A stretch of 64,000 nucleotides of DNA, taken from assembly GCA_045837725.1 (NCBI GenBank), contig JBEWZL010000263.1:186001-250000 (forward strand), written 5' to 3'. The notes beneath the pieces were generated by a model. It was not told the origin of the DNA. It saw nothing but the letters and a program-made list of their open reading frames with translations, and ran no database searches. The position numbers were made by a program, and so were the translations under genes. Position 1 is the first letter of the stretch, and each line of letters begins with the position of its first letter. Positions 1 through 12,434 of this stretch are shown here, piece by piece. The DNA comes from Vermamoeba vermiformis. Lineage: Eukaryota.

Positions 1-3000
1 TTTTGGGGATTAGCTCTCCGGATTAAGATGAACAACTTTGGGGAATTTGTATTTAAACTGAAGAATCATGTAACACCAGTAGCAAAGTCATTTTTGCTGG
101 CGCTGTTCCATGGAGACAAAGGGGATCTACAGCTTTGGCTCGAAAAAATGAGAAATCAGAGTCCAGGGTTCAAAGACCTCGACGACTTGCGATATTTGCT
201 CAAAGTTCTATACATCAGTTGGCAGTCAACATGGGCTAGTCTGTTCCCGCTTCACAAGCACTTTGATACGTGGATTCGTCAGGCATCACAGCTGCTCCTT
301 TCAGACGCGCATACGAGCACAACATTAACTTGGGCGGACGCAGAAGAGCAATACCGAGGATTGGTTAAATTTTTAACAGCGCTGGCAGAGCTGCCAGAAC
401 CGTACAAAGTTGAAACGCAGTCCACGATAAAACAGATAGAACAATGGTGGTCCTCGCTACCTAAAGTCGGCAAGATGGTAGCTAGTAATGGAGTATGTAC
501 AATTGCAATATTTAATGCGAATCACAAGATACAAAAAATCTTGTATTGCAATTATAATCGACCCAAATTATTGCTTACTAACGGTCCCGTAACAGATATT
601 AATCACCGCAATTGATCTCCCGTTGAAGCAAGGACCAGGCTCAGCAGAGAAACAACACGCCGTGTTATTTGAAGGAGTTAACACACAACTCTCCGCGGAG
701 GCCGTGGAGCTCGTCACTGGAATACTGCCCGAGAGGGTCGAGAACTGCGAACAAGGTCTTATTGTAAAATTAAAGTCGCAAGAGGAGCACGATAAGATGT
801 TAGAACTGTCGGGGCACATCGTGTTGAGGCAGGGAAAGGTTAGTAGCTATTCTTTGATCAATGCTTTACTGCGGAAAAACTGCAACTAATTCTTTCGGCG
901 GATTTATTCTTTTTTCTTTTGACAAATTTTGACTTGTTTGCTGCATTAGGTCATCATCAAACCGTGGAGTTCATCCAAGCCTACAGCCTTGCGCCATGTG
1001 TTCACCATCACGCTACCAGGAGCCACACTGACTGACGCCAAGAATATCGCTGACATCGTATTGAATGTGCAACTCATCTCCGAGCCAGTCGTGTCGGCCA
1101 ACGGTGTGATCGAATACGAAGTGGCGCCTGACTCTGCGGCGTTATTGAAGCAGATCCAAACATGTTTCTTTAAGGGAGCACCAGTACGTCCAATTCCACT
1201 ATTTCCGAATAAGTGACTGACATTTCACAGCGCAAAATTGAAGAAAAAGATGTGGAGGTCACAGTTGAGATACCCGATGCAATTATCTACGGTATTCCTG
1301 AAGGACTTGATGAAGCTAAAATTGTCGCGTCCCTCGAGTTGATGGTCGACGCAGATATGACGGGCAAAGTGACGTACGTGGAGCTGCTGCAACTAGCGAT
1401 CCTTTACAAGCCCGAGCGAGACGTTGATTGGTTCAGTCTATCGCTCGTGCTGCGCGGCAAGAAGGTCACTGTCGCTCCCTTTTCCCAATATATCGTTAGA
1501 CTTTCAAATATTCCTATCGACCTCTACACTGAAGACAAGCTCACTGCGAAGCTCGCAGAAGATGTTCCCGCCAATAGCATCCAAGGCGTGTATTTAGATG
1601 CAAAAAATCAAACAGCGTACGTGCACTTGAAGAGCGCTGAAGCGAAGGATATCTTAGTTAAGAAAGAAATGATAGAGATCGGGGTAAGTTGTCACAATCA
1701 TACTCGCGTAGGTTTTAACCTTTCAATGCAGTTCAACTTGGAATCCAAATCATCGTACGTCGAGTTGCGAGTCATCAACTTGCCACCGAGCACGAGAATC
1801 AGCGAGATTGTCAAGCCTCTTGGAAGACTAATCTCAGCACGAATTGGTACAGTACGCGTTGACGAAGACACGCACACGGCGTTCGTGCCTGTGCCTTCAA
1901 ACGTAGTTCAACGCGCACTGGACCTACAACACTTCATGGTAAATAACAAGCAAGTGCAGATCATAGCAGACGTCGACAGCTCTACGTCAGTCACGATCAC
2001 CTTTAAGACACCTGCTATGGTCCGCTACTTGCAGAGATTTGCTAAAGGAGAACTGGACACTATAAAACAAAACTTTAGCGTGGACGTCGAAGGCATTGAC
2101 GAAGAACCAGGAATGCACATTCGATTGGTTAATAAGAGCGATGCTAACAGGGTGCTCAAGGCCAAAGACTTTCTAAAGCGCTTGTTAGACACGCTCGTGG
2201 AGGAGAAGATACAACTCAATTTTCCAGCTCGGTATACGCGACTTTTCAGCAAAGTAGTATCTTTGGTGAATATCCCGTGCGCCTCAATCGTGAAAGAAAA
2301 GATGAGCGGCGCATCGACGATCAAGGTATACTTAGCTGGCAAAAGAGAGTGGGTCTTGGACTTCACAAACGTAATCAAGAACTTCAAAACGTCAATTGTC
2401 GAAGATGTCATTTCGCTAAATGGAAATCAACGCGATTATATTGAAAAAGACTATACAAATATTTTGGCTCCGTACGTGGATCTACCTATTGACATGGAGC
2501 TGCAACAAAACACTGTTCGTATTAGCGGCATTGGAGCTCTTACAACAGACGTCATAACATTCTTCCGTGACACTTTGGAAGAGAAATTCTACAAAATTGT
2601 AATGAAAGAGAAGCCAACTGTGACACCAGCCAGATTGCATTACTTGCTGCTGTTTGAACAAGAGAACATTAGACAGTTTATTAAGACCAAGAACTTGCTC
2701 AGTGTAAAGCACTACATCAATCCTGTGGTCAATTCAATTACACTCAGTGGTCAGAGGAGTCAAGTGAAGACATTGGAAGAGGAACTCAAAGGCATCTTGG
2801 AAAGCATTATCAGCATTCAGTTTTCATTTGCAACTGAAGTCACTGAAGCTTACTTCAAACAAATTGATGCATGGGTGCAAGAGCTCAGTTTGAGCTTGAT
2901 GATATCACTTTCTTATCCTTCAGCCACCTCAAAGACTGTAGCTATCATTTGTGGACGGGATGAGAAGGCACTGGAACAGTTCTATTCAAGTTTGGAGTAC

Positions 3001-4934
3001 TATGTCTTGTCCTTGTTGCCTGGAAACAGACCCAAAGCATTGATCCGTCACAGTGCCCCCACACAGGCACAACCAAAGATGAGCAGCACAACACCCAACA
3101 CCAAGACGAGTGGTGGCATTTCATCCTTTCAAAGCATCTCTGCGAGTGTCAGTCCTAGCCCCAAGAAAGATGCACTAAACAAGTCTGGTCCTAATTCACC
3201 AGCCACGAACTCCATTGAGAAGAAAGCAGTGCCTCTCAATCCTCTCTACTTGGAGGCTATTGCTCCACGTCAGCCACTGACTGACAACAAAGAGAAGTGC
3301 TATCATCATCACTGTCCCAAGTGCAGAGAATATCATCACGTTGAAGTTAGATTCACGTGCCCCACATGCAGGTATGCAGCACTGATGCACACCATTGCTA
3401 GCGATCGGTATCTAATGTGCTCGACAGGAAATTGATGACGCAAGGCAAGCTGTCCACGTGTGACATTGCAGCTAGTCCCAAATTGACGTGGGGTGACTTG
3501 ATCAATCACAAGCAGAAGCTGTTGTGCGAATATGGTGACATACAGTCGTACCTGCTACAAGACTTGTCAGAAATGAATCAAAAAGCGAGCAAGTTCAACG
3601 AAGTTGTCGCAAGGTTCCCCGCACTGAAGAGCTTGTGGACTAGCCACGCAGACTTCCAGAAATCATTCCCTATCCTCCGCGAAGTCGTAAGTAGTTCCGC
3701 ACTGTGTCACGTGGAGCTAACTGTCTCGCAGCACAATCAATACCAGGTAGAGTTCTACTGCGCCAATTGTACGACAGCACTGAGTACCACCAATGTGCCT
3801 GAGCCTGTGTACAAGTTCGATCCGCAAACAAACGCCTGGGCTAGTTTTGTTCAAACTCTGCACAATCTATTGGTACGTGCAATTTAATTGCGTGAAGTGC
3901 ATGCTAACGGCACTTTAATAGATCTACCTTGAAATTCGACGAGATGAAAATCCACGCATTCAGCCCGGCTTGCCAGATCTGAACCAGCACTTGAAACTCA
4001 AAGAAATGGAGCTGAAAAACAATCAAATGTACGCGTTAATTGCCACGAGACATGTGCTAACAACTTATCTCAGGGCATTGAAAGTGAGCGGCATCAGTGA
4101 CGTGACACTCTCCGTGGTCAACACGCGACTGCACGACGCGAGCCAACAAGACTTTGTGGCCACAGAACTGCACTCGCGCTACATTGTGAAGCACATGGGC
4201 GCTGAACAGTTGCAGCGTTATCGTGAATTCGGTCGTGTGCTCGGCTACGCCATGGTCAACAGAGGCACTGCGTTCTTCAGTGCAGCACTGCCGCTGTGGA
4301 AATATCTCACGAACAGACCTATCACAACACTGGATCTGTACTTCATGTACCCGACACTCTACGACGTAAGTAATTTTGTTATGATTCATGAACGTGCAAA
4401 ACTAACGTGCCCGCGTTGCAGAACTTGCTGCGCATATTGCCTGTACAAAATGCGTTGAAGTACGAGCTAGCCAAAATACTCGCCAAGTGGAAGTTGTACG
4501 ATGAAGTGGAGCCAGGGCTGAAAGAGATTGCAGCAGGTCTGTTCGAAGTCATTCCCGCGGGCATCATTGAGCGACTGTCACCGCAAGAGCTCGAAGAACG
4601 GATCAACGGACCATTCAAACTCGAGTACGACGAGTTCAGGCGCTACATTCAGTTTGAAGGCGCATTTGCCAAACAACCGCCGCAACAAGACAAGTTCTGG
4701 GGCTTTTTCAACAGCGTGTCACAAGCAGTGCGTCAAAAGATGTTATATTGCATGTCAGGGCAGCTGCGATTGATACCCGAGCAGAAGTACATCATCGAGT
4801 CTAAATCAGCGGACAACGACCAGGCGTTTGTGCCTAAACAACGGAAATTATTATTGCCGCCGCACGATGCGTCAGGGGCGTTTGATCGCAGTACAACTGA
4901 AATTATGAAGTTTGTCAATTCAATAAGTACGTAA
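1..4934 (+). CDS. Large multi-exon protein (5' end outside window): RRM/KH-like repeats, Cys/His zinc-ribbon region, degenerate C-terminal HECT-like domain
   Basis: ORFs 28-615, 623-889, 989-1216, 1213-3435, 3417-3887, 3970-4458 and 4407-4934 join across short GT-AG introns (e.g. 3372-3427). RRM-like VRLSNIP...AYVHLKS and LRVINLP...AFV; CPKC...CPTC; HECT-like YREFGRVLGYAM, LWKYLTNRPITTLDL, GLFEVIP...SPQELEERING, FWGFF. Frame is open from base 1. Confidence 0.7.
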
Positions 4935-5046
4935 ACAATTGGTTCACTTTTCTTGTTTTGTATTCTTTTATTTGGTTTGATTTGTCTTTCAATTCTTTTT
5001 TTACTGAAAGAATAGCAAGTATTAATACAAGATATGTACAATGAGC

Positions 5047-6747
5047 CTATTGTTTAGTTGGTCGCAACAAGCAAGCTTTTTTCTTAGCATTTTTGTTAGT
5101 GACGTAATCATAGCAGTATTTACAGGGTGCTGCTGGGTCACACCAGCTGAGTCTGCGCGAATTACTCGTAGTTGGTCGTGATTCGCCGTCATCAACCACC
5201 GTGATCTTGGCTCGTTTTTTGGGTCGTTCGTTGTCAGATCCAGATGACACCTCTTCAACGTCCGGACCCTTTTCAGTATCCTCACTACTATCACTTTTCA
5301 CTCGCGATGATTCTAGTACTGGCTTCGATGCTAAACTGCGTCGTATTGCAGCGAGTGTCATGGTCAAATGTTCTTTGCGATAAGTGACACTGCCGTAGCC
5401 TTCGTTGATTTTCATGCGACACGCCAAACGCACCGCCCCAGCAGCGATGAGTTTCGGTTGAATCCAAATCTTACACGCTGCGAACTCGACAACAAAGCAC
5501 TAATCGGTCGTTAGTCACATTGATATTTCATTCAACTACTACTCACCCAATACTTCTGCGTGGCTTGGTCTCGAAATGCATTGATCAACTCTGCATCGGT
5601 GATTCGTGGCGAATAGACCTGACATTCAAAAGAGTGTTTTTCGTGCAAATGACGCGCGTCCAGTGTCATCGTCTTGGGCTCGAGCAGCGGCGGCCAACTG
5701 CAGATAATATCTCTGGTGAAGCATTGTTAGGATCAATCAATCACGGTGTCAAGTAGCACGTACTCGGCGAGGTCAAATGAGTTCCTAGCGTTCATATAGA
5801 GCTCCACATAGTGTTGTTCCGAGTCACCAATCCGCGGCCACTTCAGTCCACCGTACCACAGATGTTCATGGGTCTTCTTCTTGTTCAACTCGTCAATACT
5901 GTTGGCCTTAAGGGGTACTAATATTTGGTGCACAGAAGTGAGTTTTTGAAGTAATTGTGGTGCTGTGGGTGAATTTCCGAACGACAGAAATGCGATGGGC
6001 TGTGGTTTGGCACGACTGGTGTCAACTTGAAATATCTTTGAATGAAGAGTGCCGCATAGTAATTTCACACTAGTGTCGCCTATTATAATAATTCGATAGA
6101 GGTTGAATGTTAGGCGATATTCTCCGAGCAGTGGGGTGCCCTCTAAACTCAGATCCAGCGGCATGTGTTCGTGGTTTCCATGGATAATGATCGCTGTTTG
6201 ACCTGTGAGCTGATCTACCTCTTCATCTGTGTCAATTTTAACGAGATTTGTGCTTAAGACGATGTAATCTAGCGGGTTGAACGAGATCGCGGGACTTCCT
6301 AAAAAGGAATTGTCAGGATCGCTGCAGGTAAAGCTAAAAGCTTACCTAATAGGCTCAAAGCCACTATAATATCTTTATCGTCCTTGGTATTGACGGCAGG
6401 TTGTTGCACGATTGTTATTTTAAAGGTCTGTTTTGTTTTGTTTTGGGCCAATAGCTTGTCAATGCGCTCGAGCTCAAAATCTAACAATTAAATATGATTA
6501 ATATAAACATATTGATAATAAAATTGAACTTACTTTGCCGTGGAGTTTGCGAAGCTTGTCCAATATTATTATTTGAATTTTTATCCGCCTTGTAATTATC
6601 GTTCGATTGAATAGTCTCTGGTGGACGTTCCTCAGGTCGATCTCTAAATATTAAAATTAATATAATAATTATTTGGAGGGTTAGTGCTTACAGCGAGTAC
6701 CCAGCTTCTAGATCAAACGCTTCGTCTTCCATGTGTGACCAAGACAT
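5047..6747 (-). CDS. Uncharacterised multi-exon protein with a domain shared with the gene at 62-64 kb, an NLS-like PKKRAK and a Cys-rich tail
   Basis: ATG at 6747 (MSWSHMEDEAF). Exons include ORFs 6299-6487, 5733-6164 and 5047-5433, with introns 5698-5763 and 5500-5546. Motif WYGGLKWPRIGDSEQHYVELY. Confidence 0.65.
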
Positions 6748-6936
6748 CGCTTGCAACTTTCATAATTAATACCAAACGTGTATGTTGCATTCGATGATTG
6801 AAGAACGCGAATGAATTACAACCGGGCATTAATTTTTTCATTACAAAATGTCGAATTCAATGAAGCGTTAAAATCGCTAAACAACAAAATAGTAGTACGT
6901 TATATATTGTTTCGATGTTTTATTGGAGCACTGCTC

Positions 6937-8688
6937 TTAAAATAAGATTGAATCGTCTTCTTTGCTTCCAAAAAGAATTGCAAAATTGCATTGTTTTCTG
7001 AGAGCCACCAAGTGATCTCGCCACACTGAGATATGTGCCGCGGACTTGACTTTGATTTTAAAATATTTCAAGTCATATAGCGCTGTTAGGTGCATGATCG
7101 AGGGCAAATCATCGGGTTCTAGATCGCACCGTTGAATGGTCAAACAATTCAGCCCGTGCAAGGTGCCAATGGCCTCAAAGGTCTTAGCATTCAACTTGCA
7201 GTTAGATAGTTCCAGGGCCTGTAGTCTCGATAATAGTGACACGTGTTCAAAGGCACAAATGCTCGGATCTTGCGATGGTGCGGCAGAGATGTAAATTTTC
7301 TTCAATTTGGTCAATTTTTTGAGAATTTCTTCGTAGCCCACTTCAATCTCGACATTCTCCAAGTGCAGGCGCGCTAAAGTCGTTAATTGCGTGAAATCAG
7401 CGAGCTTGAATTGTTTGGGGTTGGATGCAGGCGATGACACGTGCAACGACTTGAGCCACGTTAATTGTATGATTGGATCGACATCATCATAGGCATAGTT
7501 AAGCACTATAACATGATTAATTAAGAATGTGCTCAGTAGCCAATAAAACATCCGGAACATACCTCCGAGGATGGTCAAGTGCGAGACAAATGTCAGGGGC
7601 AAGAAGTTGCTGGGCGAGAGATCTTTCATGCGATTGACGCGCAGACTGCGGAGCTTTGTCATTCGAGTGAATGCGTGCAGTATGTCAGCGGTCCAGTGCA
7701 AATGAAACACGTCCAAAAATGTCAAGTTGGCCGCGGTTGTCAAGTACTCTATTGGCTGCGGAATGTTGCTGTCGAACCAACTCAGCGTCAGTTCTTGCAG
7801 ATTGGTCAAGTTCGTGAACTGGTGCCAATTGGTCACGCCGTCAGTGTAATGCAGCGCCAGACACTTGAGTGCGGTCATGCGTGCCACCTCGTCCATGTCA
7901 ATCTTGTGAAAGGAGTTCCAGATCTTGAACTTGGTCAGGTTGGTATATAGTTCTATTTTAATAGGCGAGTTCTGCACGGGGTCATTGTCGTCGTAAAACA
8001 CCAGACTGTGCAGCCTCGTGCAGACTGTCAGACTTTCGAAGAATGTCGCGTTGATCGGTGAATTGACTAACAGGCGCAGTTGTGTTAATAGGCTCATATT
8101 GCTCTCGTTGAATACGAAGCTGCCGTTCAATGAGGTTAATTTGCGCATTTGATTGATGTATTGCAGCACGCCTCGATCCACCGTGTCCAAATATTTGTCG
8201 AAGATATTGAACGAGTGTAAATTCTGTAATCGCGTCAATCCTTCTAATTGAGTCGTCTCCGTTGAACTGGACAGCATTGTTAATTTTTGTAAGTTGATTA
8301 AATTGAATATTTTTGAGTAGAAATTCGGATGTAGTTTTCTCATAGAGCAATCGAGTTCTGTGACGGAAATTCGCACATAATAATTCCAATTCTTGCTGAC
8401 GGTGCTTAAGTGAAATAAATTCCACGGGGAGATGTAGCCCAATATGTGCATAATTATTTCTTTTGGAAGATCATGGATCGTTCTGTCCATTTCGATGTCC
8501 ATCATTACATCTGCATCCTGTCGTATTTAATTAATAAGTGACATGAATTTTAAACACGTCGGACGCTCTAAAAATTAATTTGTTAAATTTGAATTTAATT
8601 TTAAAATTGACTGAAAAATATGGAGTCATTTTTACAAGGAAATTCACATGTATATATCGTTATTAATAATGTAAATATTTACCTCCAT
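6937..8688 (-). CDS. F-box/leucine-rich-repeat protein
   Basis: F-box IHDLPKEIIMHILGYI...LSTVSKNW followed by many LxxLxxLxL repeats. Probable 2-codon first exon (ATG GAG|GTAAAT at 8688) and an in-frame intron near 7507-7560. Confidence 0.85.
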
Positions 8689-9202
8689 TTTTCTTTATGC
8701 CCTGAAAACTTTTCCGTGGATCAAACAGAAGATCAACCCCAAATCATGCACGGGCAGTGACACAATAGTTTTCTTCTATATAGCTATCATATACACGAGC
8801 GAAGTGCCGGAGTAGTGCTTTGGTGGAAATGGATTATGAAATAATTGCAATTTCAAACGAAAGAGGGAAAATTACTCGGGTCAATTCGTGACTCAAAACG
8901 GCACTGATTGAAATCACGACCTTCATACAAAATAGGGAAAAAAATTAGATGGAGGCCTAACTTATTCTTGCAATGCATTACTCATGAGTTCAAATCCCGT
9001 GCTAGGTACAGTAGATCTTGTTGTCTTGGTTGATAAAGCGGTCGCCGCTTGCGCGGGATGAGTAGCCCGCTCGACCGCAGCAGGTTCCCCATTCAGATCC
9101 AGGCACGTGAAAAACTTGCAAAGTCAGAAAAGTTGTATGATCCTAAACTAGCCGCGATTTCATTCTTTTATGCAGTATAAACACATCAGAAGACCACGGA
9201 GA

Positions 9203-10352
9203 ATGAGTTCTCATACTACTCCTTCTCCAGAAGCTACGCATGGGTCGACTATGAGTTCCGACGGGCACACGCCATCGGAGACTGCTCCGAATCTGGAAAT
9301 AAAAAAGTTAAAACAGAAGATCAGAAAGCAGCGCCGAACAATTAAAAAATTAAGAGAAACAAATTTTGAATTAGAGGAGCGGTTATCGCGGTTTATTGAA
9401 GACGACGTAAATCCGGATGTAGTGTTGGATATTAACAAAGAGGACGCTCACCCTCCGGTCGCAACTAACCCTGAAGAGCCTGTTACCACGAACAAATTGG
9501 CAAGCACCATGCTTTATATTGGTGACTGGTTACGAGCCTATTTCACGAAGTGGGGAGGTAAATTGATGAATTTATTGAAATGCAACTCAAACGCATATTA
9601 AATGTATTATGATAGGACGCAAATTTGTTGGTTCTGCGCCTATGATAGAGCCAATCAAAATATTTTGGTCATTCTTGGGTAGCTTCTTGGGTATTTTAGC
9701 GATCGGCGCTCTTCATACTTATGTTTGGACTCCAATCGGCAGGTAAGATAATAAATAGATATTACTATTCTTCCAATATTTCATTTGATATTCCTGTTTA
9801 CTAACGGATTCGGTTACAGAGTGGGTAGTCTCGGATCTTTCGGAGCTGCGGCGGTACTTATATACGCTGCTATTACTAGGTAAGCACCTGTGCAACTAAA
9901 TAAATGTTATGACTATGGCTTTAATGCTCCGAACATTAACTGAACTTCCATCCAGTCCCCTTGCTCAACCACGCAACTTGATTGTCGGCAATTCGTTGGC
10001 TGCCGTCATCGGCATATCCTACTGGTACATATTCCACGCCATCGGTGGCTATATGTGGATTGGTGCCGCATTAGCAGTGGCTACTTCAATAGCAGCAATG
10101 CACGTAACGAAAAGTCTGCATCCGCCCGCTGGTAAGTCATGCTCCTTCGCCTTCATATACTTACGTAATTAATGACTGGGTTATATAGGTGCTACAGCAC
10201 TGATAGCGGTAATGGATCCAACAGTGGCGAGTGTACAGGGCTACTGGTACATCTTGGTGCCAGTACTGGCTGGCGAGGGTGTATTATTACTTGTAGCTTT
10301 ACTTGTAGATAATTTATCGAAGATACAAAGGTATCCGGAATATTGGGTGTAA
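9203..10352 (+). CDS. HPP-family membrane protein (putative nitrite/anion transporter) with an N-terminal coiled coil
   Basis: Spliced exons give GSFGAAAVLIY, SPLAQPRNLIVGN and KSLHPPAGATALIAV, the HPP-family signature. Ends YPEYWV*. Confidence 0.85.
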
Positions 10353-10410
10353 ATAGTGAGATGTATAGTTAATAAATTAATATTTAAATCGATCACATGA
10401 CCACAACAAC

Positions 10411-12258
10411 ATGGATCTTCTTCTTGAATCGATCCCTTTGGAATTACAACAATTAATATTCTCTAAAATTCCTTTCAAATACTTCTAGTAAAAAGTCTCT
10501 GCAGGCCATGATGCAAATAGCTTTTCAACAAAATTAATTGTTCGTCGTACGCCCTATTTAAAGACGGCAGGCAAATAAATGTAAAAGCTATTATTTTTTA
10601 CTAATTTTTAAAAATTTATTCAGCGTGAGTCTTGTTTGTCGACGGTGGAACAAGTTGTTTTGGCAAACGAGAACCAGTATCGTGCTCCACAAAGACACAG
10701 GGTTTCGATATGAAGCTAAACTCAACAACGAAGATGAATTCAATGCATTGTTGACGAAACTAAGACCAGAACTCATCGAGAGAATTGCCCAACAAAACGA
10801 CTCGTTCTTGATCTCAAATCTGGACAAGTTCAAAAACCTCACGAGCTTCACGGAGTACAAACGCAAGGGGGTAAATAATCGTGCGGAGGAGAACAATGTC
10901 CAGATCTATTCAACACTGAAGAACTTGCCCAAACTGAAGCACCTGGATCTTCAATGTATGTCTTCGATTTCAAACTATAACCATGTCTTTGCGTGCAAGT
11001 CTTTAAGAGCAATGTTTCGTACTGACGCTATTAACGTACAGTTGAGAATGCTGCACGCGAAGAAGAGCTATTTGAAATAATAGCCGCGTGTACTTCACTC
11101 GAAACGCTCAGTTTTAAAGTGACGCACGGCTATTATTTCACCGGCCGTACCACGCCCTATTTAACCAGATTGAAGCGACTGAAAGACTTGAACTGGCCCA
11201 TGGACAAAAATAACTTTAAGGAGCTGGCTGATGCTGGCATTCAATTGACCAAACTCATATTCAACCACTCGCACGAGGACCTCCAACACATCTCTTTATT
11301 CACGAATTTGAAGTCCATTGTGATGTGTATGTGCAATCGATAATACTACAGCACCTATTCTAATCGTACTGCGGCTCATTTTAGACTGCAACAATACGTG
11401 TAACACGAAGACGATTGAAGCACTAGCGGCTCTAACAACGTTAGAAGAGATCGATCTTCCCTATCTAGCGTATGACTTACTTCCAGACCTGCAGAAACTG
11501 AGCTCGTTGAAAAATCTGAAGCGATTCACCATGTACGGTACCACTCAAGATCTAACCCAAGGGCTCGAACAGGTAATAATAAATCTGTTACTATTTGCCT
11601 ATCAAGTGTAAATGACGCGTTGTTGATTAGAAAGGATCGCCGTTCAGCTGGGTAACAAAACTGCCCTCGTTGAAATGTCTGCAGGTCAATACATTAGGCC
11701 ATGGTTTGCCAGACAATTTGAGTCAATGCACGGCCCTCAAAGAGCTGAAAATTAACGTCGAGACTATGGACGAGATGCTTGTATTAGTGCAACTGACGCA
11801 GCTTGAAGATTTGGTAATAGAGGAGGGAAACAACTTCAAAAACATGGCGGATGTGGTACCTCGACTGACACACTTGAAACGTTTGACCATCTCTTTTGGA
11901 TTTGGGGATGATTTGATGGAGTTGTCGCGTTGGAGTCAATTACAGGCGCTGACTCGTCTCGAGATAGAAAATATAGGCGATGTAACTGAAGATGAGATCT
12001 TGCGCCTCATCGCAGCAATGCCGAATTTGAAGCAGTTATTCCTTCATGGAAATCGTATTGCGGAACTAAACACCGATAGAATACCAAACACGAGCATCAA
12101 GTTCATTTCAACGCTCAGTGAGGCCGATCGGTTTTGGATGTGCGAATATACGAAGCACATTCGAGACACTGTTCATTGGCGCTTCTTTGGTAAGATACAT
12201 TCAATCATATGAATATCACAGCTAAGCGTATTTAATAACAGACACAAACCTCTATTGA
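10411..12258 (+). CDS. F-box/LRR protein, tandem paralog 1
   Basis: First exon MDLLLESIPLELQQLIFSKIP splices to VSLVCRRW (F-box). LRR exons follow (ORFs 10625, 11119, 11670). Last exon DTNLY*. Confidence 0.85.
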
Positions 12259-12434
12259 CCTGGCGACGCGCCGAAACTCAAGCTTCCTCATTGTATTTCA
12301 ATTAAATTAATGAATCTATGACATGATATTTCGTGTAAATACCATTGTAGATAATTTTAAGGCACAATGGTTGTAAAGGGCGCGATAAAATTTGCAACAA
12401 AATTTTTAATCGAACCTTCGGACCACAACGCGCG

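Noticed and set aside
3372-3435. Overlapping ORFs with an internal TGA, suggesting frameshifting, selenocysteine or an alternative code
   Set aside because: A 56-nt GT-AG intron (3372-3427) joins the frames, and the other ORF breaks examined are likewise explained by short introns under the standard code.
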